Assembly (NCBI GenBank): GCA_964399865.1
Contig: CAYNRJ010000002.1
Location: forward strand, 22,151-86,150
From: an uncultured Candidatus Saccharibacteria bacterium
GTDB taxonomy: Bacteria; Patescibacteriota; Minisyncoccia; Phycocordibacterales; UBA2100
DNA: 64,000 bases
Direction: 5' to 3'
A program made the translations under genes and the position numbers. This document shows positions 1 through 9,296 of this stretch, piece after piece. Every line of letters begins with the position of its first letter. Position 1 is the stretch's first letter. The notes beneath the pieces are model-generated. The model saw only the letters and a program-made list of their open reading frames with translations. It had not been told where the DNA came from and ran no database searches.

Positions 1-966
1 GTCGATACTACAGAGTTGAACGCGATTATTATTGATATTAAAGATTTCTCAGGAGGTATCGCGTTTCCTACTGATAACCCACTGCTCGCTAACAACGTTT
101 CCGATAAATGTGGAGCGCAGGACATGAAAGAGTTCGTCGAACTTCTTCACGAAAAAGGCATTTACGTTATCGGTCGTATCACAGTGTTCCAAGATCCAAT
201 GTACACGAAACAGCACCCTGAACTTTCCGTCCAATCGAAAGCTCGTCCGGGACAACCATGGAAAGATAATAAGGGACTCTCGTTCGTCGCGGTGAATAGT
301 GAGCCTTACTGGGATTTCATCGTTGAGCTTTCGAAAGAATCATACGCACTTGGATTTGATGAATTGAATTACGACTACATCCGTTGGCCATCAGACGGTC
401 CAATGAGTGACGTCGTCTATCCATCGCAAGATACTGCAGGCGAGCTCGAGAAATTCTTCCGCTATCTTCACGAGAAGGTGAGTCCTCTTGGGGTTGTTAC
501 CTCCGCAGATCTTTTCGGTATGACAACGACAAACACTGATGATCTCAATATCGGACAAGTGCTTGAGCGCGCTCTTCCATACTTTGATTACATTGGTCCA
601 ATGGTGTACCCATCGCATTATCCAAAAGGATTTAATGGGTACGCAGATGTAAACGCACACGCGTACGACATTATTCACTATTCTATGAGTGAGGCGGTAC
701 GACGGACCGAAGCAACAACGACACCGGTCGAGTCTTTCGCACACACACGTATCGGCACATCGACACCCGCTCTATACTCCAAGCCTTCCTATTCAAAATA
801 CAAAATGCGTCCGTGGTTGCAGAGTTTCGATTATCCAGTGACGTACACTCCAGAGATGGTTGCTGCCCAGATCAAGGCAAATGAAGACGTCGGACTCGAC
901 TCGTATATGTTCTGGGACCCTGCGAATAAATATAGAAGTTTGCGAGCTGTTCTCAAGGCAGAATAA
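1..966 (+). CDS. 5'-truncated CDS; putative TIM-barrel glycoside-hydrolase-like protein (DUF4015/GHL-type)
   Basis: The ORF-track frame is open back to base 1 (VDTTELNAIIIDIKD...) with no stop, so the gene begins upstream of the window. Motif pattern IIDIKDFSGG...DELNYDYIRWP resembles the putative glycosyl hydrolase domain family. Family assignment is from memory only. Confidence 0.4.
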   Translation, partial: VDTTELNAIIIDIKDFSGGIAFPTDNPLLANNVSDKCGAQDMKEFVELLHEKGIYVIGRITVFQDPMYTKQHPELSVQSKARPGQPWKDNKGLSFVAVNSEPYWDFIVELSKESYALGFDELNYDYIRWPSDGPMSDVVYPSQDTAGELEKFFRYLHEKVSPLGVVTSADLFGMTTTNTDDLNIGQVLERALPYFDYIGPMVYPSHYPKGFNGYADVNAHAYDIIHYSMSEAVRRTEATTTPVESFAHTRIGTSTPALYSKPSYSKYKMRPWLQSFDYPVTYTPEMVAAQIKANEDVGLDSYMFWDPANKYRSLRAVLKAE

Positions 967-1007
967 ACCCGTGGATTCTGCAGTAGCTCCTGCGTCCTAG
1001 CGCGCTT

Positions 1008-3017
1008 TTGCGCTATACTTTATGCATGAGTCATGGGTCTCACGAAGAGGAAGACGCGCCAAGTCACGGTTCTTCGAGCGGTCAAACTGCTCCAAAAGAC
1101 GATGACAGTCGCATAACATATTTTGCAGCGACACACACCCGCGGCAAGCGTGAGATGTTTGGTATTCGCTCAGTCGACCGTGGCAAGCACGTGTACGTCA
1201 TCGGAAAAACAGGCATGGGCAAATCCACGATGCTTGAAAATATGGCGATCCAGGACATCCAAAATGGGGAGGGGATAGCCTTCATTGATCCGCACGGCGC
1301 AACAGCGGAAAAACTTTTGGACTTCATTCCTCACGAGCGCATAAAAGATGTGATTTATTTTGCGCCTTTCGATACCGATTACCCTGTGGGATTCAACGTG
1401 ATGGAAGACGTCGGCTATGACAAACGTCACCTCGTGGTCTCCGGTCTCATGGGTGCTTTGAAAAGAATCTGGGTAGATGCGTGGAGCGCAAGAATGGAAT
1501 ACATTTTGCAGAATACCCTCCTCGCACTTCTCGAGTATCCAGACTCCACACTTCTAGATGTGAACCGCATGTTCACAAACAAAGCATTTCGTACCGCGGT
1601 GGTCGAGAAGATCACAGACCCTGTGGTGAAATCATTCTGGACGGAAGAGTATGCGACCTTCACCGACACCTACACTCGCGAGGCAACTCCTGCTATTCAG
1701 AACAAGATAGGTCAGTTCACCGCGAATCCTCTCATTCGTAACATCATCGGTCAGGCGAAATCCACATTCGATCTCCGAGAGATCATGGACAAGAAAAAGA
1801 TCTTCATCGTGAACCTCTCCAAAGGGCGCATGGGGGAGACGAATGCCGCACTCTTAGGATCGATGCTCGTCGTTAAGATCTACCTTGCTGCGATGTCGCG
1901 AGCGGATGAGCCTGCAGCGCGGCTTGCCAAGTTGCCTCGTTTTTATTTCTACGTCGACGAATTCCAATCGATGATGAACGAGGCGTTCGCCGACATTCTT
2001 TCGGAATCGCGTAAATATAAACTCGCGCTCACCCTCGCAAACCAGTACATCGAACAGATGGAAGAAGAAGTCCGCGATGCTGTGTTCGGCAACGTCGGGA
2101 CCCTCATTTGTTTCCGCGTAGGACCATTTGATGCCGAAGTCTTGACCACAATTTTCGAGCCTACATTTACACCGGAGGATCTCGTCGGCCTTGGTATTGG
2201 TCAGATATACCTCACACTCATGATTGATGGCGTCGGCTCGCGGCCATTCTCAGCAGAAACAGTTCCACCGATCGAACCGCCTTCCATCTCATACCGTGAT
2301 GATTGTATCCGTCATTCGCGAGAACATTACGCTCGGCCTAGAGCGGAGATGGAAGCGTTCGTCATGAAGCGACAAACAGATTTCGCATCAAATCAGCAGC
2401 GAAGCGATAAATCGAGCCGATCACCGAGTAGAAGTTTTCCTCCACGATCTGGTGGCGACAGAGATCATTCGCCGCGAAGAGACGATGATAGATCACATGT
2501 GCGCGTAGGGGATACATCGCGACCTACTTCGCATTGGGGGGCACAGGGCGCAGCTACTCCTTCATCCCATGGACCGGATAGAGGAGAAAGAGACCGTAGG
2601 GATCCGAGAGAAATAGGACCACGAGTAAATTTTATAAATCGACCACCAACTCGTCCCGAGCCTCGTCACACACAGCAGACCGTTACAACAACCGAGCACT
2701 CTTCAGATAGCAGTGCGCAGCGCTCCGCGCTCCGTGCAGCTATAGCTGCTGCAAAGCCGCCAGCACCCTCATCCGCTTCTGAAAGTGGGGGCATTAAATC
2801 GCCGGCGGACCTCCTGCGTGAACGCAAAGCTGCAAAACAGGCGGCTCATGTAGACGAGCCAGAACTGTTCAGAAATAAATCTGAGGCACATGCAGGAAAT
2901 TCACACGCGCATACCGAAAAGAGTGCGCCACATCGGCCGCCAGAAGATGCCCACTCGGGGGAAGTATCTCCAGAAGTTCTACAGAGGGTTCTTAAAGGCG
3001 AAGATGAAAAGGCTTAA
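1008..3017 (+). CDS. Type IV secretion coupling-protein-like P-loop ATPase (TraD/VirD4/TraG-like, FtsK/HerA superfamily) with a disordered C-terminal tail of about 230 aa
   Basis: Walker A GKTGMGKST. Walker-B-like hydrophobic-DEF motif YFYVDEFQS. N-terminal ITYFA...FGIRS...H.YVIGKTG pattern typical of conjugative coupling ATPases in small-genome bacteria. The C-terminal third is low-complexity, rich in R/S/D/P. The true start may be the internal Met at about 1155. Confidence 0.6.
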   Translation: MRYTLCMSHGSHEEEDAPSHGSSSGQTAPKDDDSRITYFAATHTRGKREMFGIRSVDRGKHVYVIGKTGMGKSTMLENMAIQDIQNGEGIAFIDPHGATAEKLLDFIPHERIKDVIYFAPFDTDYPVGFNVMEDVGYDKRHLVVSGLMGALKRIWVDAWSARMEYILQNTLLALLEYPDSTLLDVNRMFTNKAFRTAVVEKITDPVVKSFWTEEYATFTDTYTREATPAIQNKIGQFTANPLIRNIIGQAKSTFDLREIMDKKKIFIVNLSKGRMGETNAALLGSMLVVKIYLAAMSRADEPAARLAKLPRFYFYVDEFQSMMNEAFADILSESRKYKLALTLANQYIEQMEEEVRDAVFGNVGTLICFRVGPFDAEVLTTIFEPTFTPEDLVGLGIGQIYLTLMIDGVGSRPFSAETVPPIEPPSISYRDDCIRHSREHYARPRAEMEAFVMKRQTDFASNQQRSDKSSRSPSRSFPPRSGGDRDHSPRRDDDRSHVRVGDTSRPTSHWGAQGAATPSSHGPDRGERDRRDPREIGPRVNFINRPPTRPEPRHTQQTVTTTEHSSDSSAQRSALRAAIAAAKPPAPSSASESGGIKSPADLLRERKAAKQAAHVDEPELFRNKSEAHAGNSHAHTEKSAPHRPPEDAHSGEVSPEVLQRVLKGEDEKA

Positions 3018-4461
3018 TCGTAGAAATCTATCAATAGGAATACTGGCGCTCGGATTTTTGTTCAGTCCGAACGTAGCGATCGCTGAGGTGATTGTGAATG
3101 AGATTGCGTGGACGGGAAGTGCGGGAAATGCTAATGCAGAATGGATAGAGCTTCGAAATACAGGGAGTACAGCGGTATCACTTGAAGGATGGAGCTTGAG
3201 CGCGGAGGATGGGTCTCCCGCGATCACGCTCGTTGGCACGATCGTAGCGGGTGGATTTTTCCTTTTGGAGCGAACAAGTGATGAGAGCGTTCCCGGCGTG
3301 ACCGCGGATCAAATCTACTCAGGAGCACTCGGAAATAGCGGTGAGACTCTCACTCTCAAAAATAGTTCCGGTCAATCTGTCGATGTCGTATCCGGTGGCG
3401 AGAATTGGGAGAATGTCGGGGGTGACAATACGACGAAAGATACTGCTCAACGAACAAGTACCGGCTGGATCACGGGGTCTCCCACGCCGCGAGCTGCGAA
3501 TACAAGTTCCTCCACAACTCCGCCCCCGACAGAGGAAACATCTGATGAGGAAGACGATACAGAAACATCCTCAACCCCAGTTTCAAGTTCTGGAGGCGGG
3601 ACGCCTGCTTCTTCGTCAGCGCTCGTCTCAAAAGCGAGTGCCGGGAAAGATCGAGTAGTTGTCGTCGGTGTTGATACGCGCTTAGAAGGGTTTGCGTATG
3701 ATTCCGGGAACAGAGTCATAGATAACGCACGTTTTGTGTGGAATTTTGGCGATGGAACGAATGCAGAAGGCAAGGTAGTCACTCATCGGTGGCAGTATCC
3801 TGGGCGATACGCAGTCGTTCTTGAAGTCACACGTTTCGAATCAAAGGCTTCACACCGCGTTACGGTAACTGCAGAAACTGCTGAGCTAGCACTCCAGGTG
3901 TCTCCCGACGGAGGTGTCATTATCGAAAATCGCTCGAATCGCGATGTCGACCTCTCAGGTTGGCGTATCGTAAGTAATGAAGTTGTATTCACTTTCTCGC
4001 CTAACACAATTGTCATACGCAATGCATCGATCCAGCTTTCTTCCTTTGCTCTTCGGTTCAACGCATCTTCGCAAGCTGCGCTGTTGTATCCCGATGGCTC
4101 GATCGCTGTACAAGCTACGACTCCTGCTGTGAAGGAAGCGGAACTTGAAGAAGAAATTGTAGTAGCTTCAACTTCTGAGCCAGTCCGCGATGTTCCGGTA
4201 GTTTCCACTAAGAAAGCCTCACTGCCACCCGCGGAAAAGCCAAAAGAAATAGTAGAAGAGACCCCTGAGATCGAATCAGAACCAAAAAATATTGAAAATG
4301 CCGCAGCGGCTGCACTAGTTGTCGAAGGGGGAGGCGCTTCTCTCTTGTGGTGGCTCGGAATAGTGCTTGTCGTTATCTTAGGAGGGGTCGCGATATTCGC
4401 GGCTAGGCACTTACGGCAAAGGGAATGGAAGATTATCGAAGAGACTGAGAACGATGTATAG
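3004..4461 (+). CDS. Secreted lamin-tail-domain (LTD) protein with an internal PKD-like domain and a C-terminal transmembrane anchor
   Basis: An in-frame Met at 3004 gives a signal-peptide-like N-terminus MKRLNRRNLSIGILALGFLFSPNVAIA. EVIVNEIAWTGS...EWIELRN...GWSL matches the LTD signature. FVWNFGDGTNAEGKVVTHRWQYPGRYAVVLEVT is PKD-like. The C-terminal LLWWLGIVLVVILGGVAIFAA is a TM helix. The ORF-track start at 2890 overlaps the upstream gene and is probably too early. Confidence 0.6.
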   Translation: MKRLNRRNLSIGILALGFLFSPNVAIAEVIVNEIAWTGSAGNANAEWIELRNTGSTAVSLEGWSLSAEDGSPAITLVGTIVAGGFFLLERTSDESVPGVTADQIYSGALGNSGETLTLKNSSGQSVDVVSGGENWENVGGDNTTKDTAQRTSTGWITGSPTPRAANTSSSTTPPPTEETSDEEDDTETSSTPVSSSGGGTPASSSALVSKASAGKDRVVVVGVDTRLEGFAYDSGNRVIDNARFVWNFGDGTNAEGKVVTHRWQYPGRYAVVLEVTRFESKASHRVTVTAETAELALQVSPDGGVIIENRSNRDVDLSGWRIVSNEVVFTFSPNTIVIRNASIQLSSFALRFNASSQAALLYPDGSIAVQATTPAVKEAELEEEIVVASTSEPVRDVPVVSTKKASLPPAEKPKEIVEETPEIESEPKNIENAAAAALVVEGGGASLLWWLGIVLVVILGGVAIFAARHLRQREWKIIEETENDV

Positions 4462-4473
4462 TGTTTACATAAC

Positions 4474-5343
4474 ATGTCGAAAGGCGGCAAAAAAGTGCTT
4501 GTCACAGGGGGAGCCGGGTTTATCGGCTCTCATTTGTGTCGTCGTCTTCTAAAAGAGGGTCACACGGTAATTTCACTCGATAGCTACCTCTCCGGTTCGC
4601 GTCACAATCATGTCGAGGGCGTCGAATATCGCGAAGGGCACACCAAAGACATCGAAACCCTTGTCCCAGAAACAGATATCGATCTCATATATCACCTTGG
4701 CGAATACGCTCGTGTAGAAGTAAGCCTTACCGAACCCGAAGTGGTCTGGGATTCAAACATACGTGGCACGTTTCGCGTTCTTGAATTCTGGCGCAAGCGA
4801 AAATGCAAACTCATCTATGCGGGTTCTTCGACGAAATTTGGCGACGGCGGGTTAGGACGCGATCAAAGTCCGTACGCGTGGACCAAAGCATCGAACACAG
4901 AGCTCGTTCGCAATTACGGTGTGTGGTTTGGGCTCCAGTATGCGATCACGTATTTTTATAACGTGTATGGTCCTGGAGAGCGCGCAGATAAATACGGTAC
5001 TGTCGTCGAAATATTTAGACAAAAGTTCCTAAAAGGAGAGCCACTTTCAGTGGTTTCGCCTGGGACGCAGAAGCGCAATTTCACACACGTGGACGACATA
5101 GTCGAAGGCCTTATAGTGATCGGCGAGAAGGGCGAGGGAGACGAATTTGGTCTCGGTAATCACAAAAAGTATTCAATTCTTGAGCTCGCACAGCTTTTTG
5201 GCACGGAGATCATTATGCTCCCCGAGCGGCCAGGGAATCGCACGGAATCCTCTATTGATACGTCAAAATCGGAAATGCTTGGGTGGAAAGCAACGCGAGA
5301 ACTCACCGACTACATCGAGAGTGTGGTTCGCGAGAAAGCATGA
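4474..5343 (+). CDS. NAD-dependent epimerase/dehydratase, short extended-SDR form of about 290 aa, paralog A
   Basis: N-terminal VLVTGGAGFIGSHL Rossmann motif. YAWTK catalytic YxxxK. About 60% identical by eye to the ORF at 24804..25700. Confidence 0.75.
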   Translation: MSKGGKKVLVTGGAGFIGSHLCRRLLKEGHTVISLDSYLSGSRHNHVEGVEYREGHTKDIETLVPETDIDLIYHLGEYARVEVSLTEPEVVWDSNIRGTFRVLEFWRKRKCKLIYAGSSTKFGDGGLGRDQSPYAWTKASNTELVRNYGVWFGLQYAITYFYNVYGPGERADKYGTVVEIFRQKFLKGEPLSVVSPGTQKRNFTHVDDIVEGLIVIGEKGEGDEFGLGNHKKYSILELAQLFGTEIIMLPERPGNRTESSIDTSKSEMLGWKATRELTDYIESVVREKA

Positions 5344-6554
5344 AAAAAATACTAATCTTTTCGCTTGCGTACTATCCGAATTACTATGGTGGCGCTGAGA
5401 TTGCCATCAAAGAAATTACGGATCGCGTGTCTCCCGAAGAGGTTGAGTTCCATATGGTGACTCTCCGATTCAATCGCAGACTTCCAAAGACGGAAAAGAT
5501 CGGCAATGTTGTTGTGCACCGTATTGGGTTTGCGAAGCCGGACGCATCGATCGTTGATATAAAGCGTTTTCCGCTTCATTTCAATAAATACCTGTTTCAA
5601 TTCACCGCTGCATGGAAAGCACACCGACTCCACAAAAAATATCATTTCGATGCGACGTGGGCGATGATGGCGCACTCCTGTGGGATTCCAGCGGGGATCT
5701 TTAAATCTTTTCACCCAGAAATCCCTTACATACTGACGCTTCAGGAAGGGGATCCGATAGAGCATATCGAGAAACTCATGACTCCATTGTGGCGGCTGTT
5801 TACTCGGGCATTTACGACAGCCGATTACGTCCAAGCCATCTCCACATTCCTAGGGGACTGGGCGCGGAAGCGCGGGTTCACGGGTACACTTGAAATTATT
5901 CCGAATGCTGTCGATACGAATCACTTCTCGCAAAATCTTTCTGCTAGGACAATTGACGAAATAAAGGATACGTTAGGAAAAAATATTGGGGATGTATTTC
6001 TTATTACAACTTCTCGACTTGTGCACAAGAACGCAGTGGATGACGTTATTTCCGCACTCGCGCTTCTCCCGAGCAACGTAAAATTTATTGTGCTCGGAAC
6101 TGGACCGCTCGAATCGGATCTCAAAGAGCAGGTGAAGCGTCTGAAGCTCGAGTCTCGTGTGCAATTCGTCGGCCAAGTGAGTCACAAAGATATGCCGAAG
6201 TATTTGAAAGCGAGCGATATTTTCATCCGACCATCGCGCTCTGAAGGAATGGGAAATTCATTCGTTGAGGCGATGGTAGCGGGACTTCCCGTGATCGCGA
6301 CTCAGGAGGGCGGGTTAAAGGATTTTCTTTTTGATGAAAAAAGGAATCCCGATGAGCCTGTCACAGGGTTTGCGGTAGATAAAGATTCTCCGAAAGACAT
6401 TGCAACTCAGGTGAGAAATATCATGGAGCATCCTGAGAAAGTGCGCGCGGTGACAGCAACAGCGAAAATGATGGTAATAGAAAAATACGACTGGGACCTT
6501 ATCGCTCACGATATGCAGGAGCGCATATTCGCGCCCGCTCTCAAGCTGAATTAA
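5340..6554 (+). CDS. Glycosyltransferase family 4 (GT-B, group 1)
   Basis: The internal Met at 5340 forms an ATGA overlap with the upstream stop. C-terminal EGMGNSFVEAMVAGLPVIAT is the GT4 EX7E-type motif. Confidence 0.8.
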   Translation: MKKILIFSLAYYPNYYGGAEIAIKEITDRVSPEEVEFHMVTLRFNRRLPKTEKIGNVVVHRIGFAKPDASIVDIKRFPLHFNKYLFQFTAAWKAHRLHKKYHFDATWAMMAHSCGIPAGIFKSFHPEIPYILTLQEGDPIEHIEKLMTPLWRLFTRAFTTADYVQAISTFLGDWARKRGFTGTLEIIPNAVDTNHFSQNLSARTIDEIKDTLGKNIGDVFLITTSRLVHKNAVDDVISALALLPSNVKFIVLGTGPLESDLKEQVKRLKLESRVQFVGQVSHKDMPKYLKASDIFIRPSRSEGMGNSFVEAMVAGLPVIATQEGGLKDFLFDEKRNPDEPVTGFAVDKDSPKDIATQVRNIMEHPEKVRAVTATAKMMVIEKYDWDLIAHDMQERIFAPALKLN

Positions 6555-6559
6555 AAAAT

Positions 6560-7558
6560 ATGCGTATTCTTATTGCATCTCCATTCAGTCATGCCAACGA
6601 AGGTGTGCTTGGTTTATACGCGGATGGTCTCCGGGAAGCGCTTCAGAAGAAAGGTCACGGAGCGGAAGTAGCGTCTCTAACTCGTCTCGAGAAAAAAATA
6701 CCCTCCGGATTGCGTCACATCCTGTACGGCATTCGAATAATTCCGGGAGTCCTATCGAGCGATCTTGTCCTCGCCCTTGATTCGTGGAGTGTGGGTTTTC
6801 CTGCGCTCATTATGGCGCGCGTATTCAGAAAGCGATTCGCCATTCGACTCGGAGGAGATTTTCTTTGGGAGTCGTACGTCGCGCGGACGAAAGAGCCGAT
6901 CCTCCTATCAGAATTTTACGAAGTACCTCGCACCTACACATTTAAGGAGAAACTCATCGTGCGAGGTATACGATTTCTCGTGAGTCGCGCTGACGCGCTT
7001 CTTTTCACAACAGAATTCCAGAAAAAAATCTGGCAGAAGGCGTACGGATTTGCGGCTAATAAAGCCCACAGAATCGAGAATTATTTCCCACAGAAATCTG
7101 ACGCAAATGTGAGAGGGGGAAGGGTTTTTGTGAGCGCGGGCAGGAAGATATTTTTAAAGAATGCAGAAGCACTTGATCGAGCGTTTGCCAGGGTGCGAGC
7201 AAAGAACCCCGATATTTCATTGGATATGAGCTCGCTTTCTCATAAAAATCACTTGAAACGGCTAGACCAAGCGTATGCCGTTATTATTCCGACATTCTCA
7301 GAGGTATGCTCGAATACGGCGATAGAAGCAGTTGCACACGGTAAACCATTTATCATGACGCGAGACACAGGAACCTTCGAACGCCTAGAGGGATGTGGAA
7401 TTTTTATTGATACGCGCGACGAACACGCTCTAGAAGCAGCGATTGAAAAAATCCTTGATCAAAAGACGTACGACGAATTACTTGCTCGTATTCGAGCATT
7501 TACGTATACGCACTCGTGGGAGGACATGGCGGAAGAGATTGTCCGCGCAACGCGCTAA
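6560..7558 (+). CDS. Glycosyltransferase, GT4-like
   Basis: GT-B-like C-terminal motif PTFSEVCSNTAIEAVAHGKPFIMTRDTG. Tightly packed after the preceding GT. Confidence 0.6.
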   Translation: MRILIASPFSHANEGVLGLYADGLREALQKKGHGAEVASLTRLEKKIPSGLRHILYGIRIIPGVLSSDLVLALDSWSVGFPALIMARVFRKRFAIRLGGDFLWESYVARTKEPILLSEFYEVPRTYTFKEKLIVRGIRFLVSRADALLFTTEFQKKIWQKAYGFAANKAHRIENYFPQKSDANVRGGRVFVSAGRKIFLKNAEALDRAFARVRAKNPDISLDMSSLSHKNHLKRLDQAYAVIIPTFSEVCSNTAIEAVAHGKPFIMTRDTGTFERLEGCGIFIDTRDEHALEAAIEKILDQKTYDELLARIRAFTYTHSWEDMAEEIVRATR

Positions 7559-8376
7559 TTTCTTTTCGCCTTAATGATGAAGCCCGTAGCAAACCACCTG
7601 AGGGGTGTGTTCGCGATCCATTCTAATAGGCGCGACGAATGCGCAGTGAAGGCAGGCAAGAATTTATCGAGCGGGAAGGGAATCAGCTTCATATTGTAAT
7701 AGACTGTTCTTTCGACTGTGAATCCGCTCTCTTCGAGAAGTTTCGCTGCACGCTTTTTTGTATACTCGCGGTGAAGAAGCGGGTCGACTTTTATCTTTCT
7801 GAATGGGCGTGCGATGGCTCGAAGGAGACGATTCCATAAGCGCCACGGACTCCAGAGGTTTGGGTAGGTCACGATCAATGTGCCACCCCCTTTGATAATG
7901 CGATGCATCTCATGTAAATATCGAGGCTCTTCGCGAATGTACTCGATGAGTCCCATTGCGGTTACGACATCAAAAGTCCCGTCCGTAAATCGTAGAGAGT
8001 AGGCATCGCCAACCTCGCAGGTCACCTCCGGGTCATTGCCAGCTTCCTTTTTTGCGAGTTCGATCATACCGGGAGCTGCATCTACACAGGTGACGCGGAA
8101 TCCTTTGGCACGTAGACCTTTGATCATGATCCCCGGGCCTGATGCTAGATCGAGAATGTGTTTTCCGTTGCCGTCGGGAAGTAGTTTTAAGACCTTTTCT
8201 CGGCGGACTCGGAATGAGTAGCCATCGGGCGTATTTCGAGCATATTCCTTCTGATATGACACGCTGGTCGTATCGAAGAATGCGACTTCCGTGCGTTTCA
8301 ATGTCTCCATACTCGTTTTTTTAGTTTCTGTAGTATACCCCGAAACCCGCTCTCCGCAGCAATAAATGCATTCCAA
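7555..8376 (-). CDS. Class I SAM-dependent methyltransferase
   Basis: Motif I ILDLASGPGIM and a post-I acidic residue pattern. Start could be the internal Met (METLKRTE, about 8310), which would reduce the overlap with the downstream deacetylase gene. Confidence 0.75.
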   Translation of the reverse strand: MECIYCCGERVSGYTTETKKTSMETLKRTEVAFFDTTSVSYQKEYARNTPDGYSFRVRREKVLKLLPDGNGKHILDLASGPGIMIKGLRAKGFRVTCVDAAPGMIELAKKEAGNDPEVTCEVGDAYSLRFTDGTFDVVTAMGLIEYIREEPRYLHEMHRIIKGGGTLIVTYPNLWSPWRLWNRLLRAIARPFRKIKVDPLLHREYTKKRAAKLLEESGFTVERTVYYNMKLIPFPLDKFLPAFTAHSSRLLEWIANTPLRWFATGFIIKAKRN

Positions 8377-9296
8377 TCATTTGTATCATCCATGGTGTAT
8401 CGGCGTAGGCGAAACGCGTGAGCACTCTTAGTGTTCGATCCTTCAATTGTAGAGAGAGCACCCTCGAGTCCGATTTCCTTGAGAATATCTTCGTGCTCCG
8501 GGGTCCAATCTCCCGCCTGCCCATTTGGGTAGCAGAAGATTCTACTACCAGAGCGGCATTTCTCTTCAACGATCCTTTGCGACTCGAATATTTCTCGCCG
8601 CGCCTCATCGAGAGGCAGCTGACTTAGTATGGGATGGCTTTTTGTATGTGCGCCGAACGCTATATTCGACGAACTCATTTCCCGGATCATTTCAACGGTA
8701 AGCGGGGCGTAGCGCATATCTGCGCTCGCGCTTGTAAGTGAAGCGCCGCGAGATCGTTCGATCTCTTCAAGTGTGCGAACGCGCTCATCGTTCAATACGG
8801 ATTTGAACTTCGCACGAGTGCGCGCGTCAGCAGCTTTTTTCTCGGAGAGAGTTTTCTCCACACCTCCTCCTTTATCAAACGCGTATTCAAGACGGTCTAC
8901 CCACAGCGGTATATCCCTAAATACAAAATCAGTCGCAAGGAAAATAGTTGCCGGCACGCCATGTTTCTTCAAGATAGGGAACGCGTGGTCGTAATTATTT
9001 CGGTATCCATCGTCGAAAGTAATCGCGAGTGCGCGCGGGGGCAGTGTGCCGGCATATAATTTTGCGACGGCTTCGTCGAGGGGGAGTATGTTGTATGTCC
9101 GCGCAAGGAATGCGATCTGTTTTTCGAATGATTGTGTGTCGACGAATTTGCGGCGATAATTGAATATTCCTTCTCCGGAAGGGGCAACACCATGGTAGAG
9201 CAGGATCTTCAGACGTCTTCGGGCGAGTATCCGGATAATGCCGGCGATAGCGCTCACGCGCCACAGAGTGTACAAAATTCGCTTCACGATGGTCAT
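8298..9296 (-). CDS. Polysaccharide deacetylase (NodB homology, CE4), paralog A
   Basis: LLYHGV...ITFDDGYRNNYDHAFPILKKHGVPATIFLATDFV is the canonical NodB motif set. N-terminal TM helix. Confidence 0.75.
   Translation of the reverse strand: MTIVKRILYTLWRVSAIAGIIRILARRRLKILLYHGVAPSGEGIFNYRRKFVDTQSFEKQIAFLARTYNILPLDEAVAKLYAGTLPPRALAITFDDGYRNNYDHAFPILKKHGVPATIFLATDFVFRDIPLWVDRLEYAFDKGGGVEKTLSEKKAADARTRAKFKSVLNDERVRTLEEIERSRGASLTSASADMRYAPLTVEMIREMSSSNIAFGAHTKSHPILSQLPLDEARREIFESQRIVEEKCRSGSRIFCYPNGQAGDWTPEHEDILKEIGLEGALSTIEGSNTKSAHAFRLRRYTMDDTNDWNAFIAAESGFRGILQKLKKRVWRH

Noticed and set aside
2380-3017. Possible separate gene or tandem repeat in the RS/RD-rich segment
   Set aside because: It is continuous in frame with the ATPase core with no internal start context, and shows no nucleotide-level periodic repeat. 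It is treated as a disordered tail of the same protein.
3783-4505. 240-aa minus-strand ORF antisense to the LTD protein gene
   Set aside because: Ser/Thr/Ala-rich low-complexity translation of the opposite strand of a gene with a strong domain signature. A typical shadow ORF.
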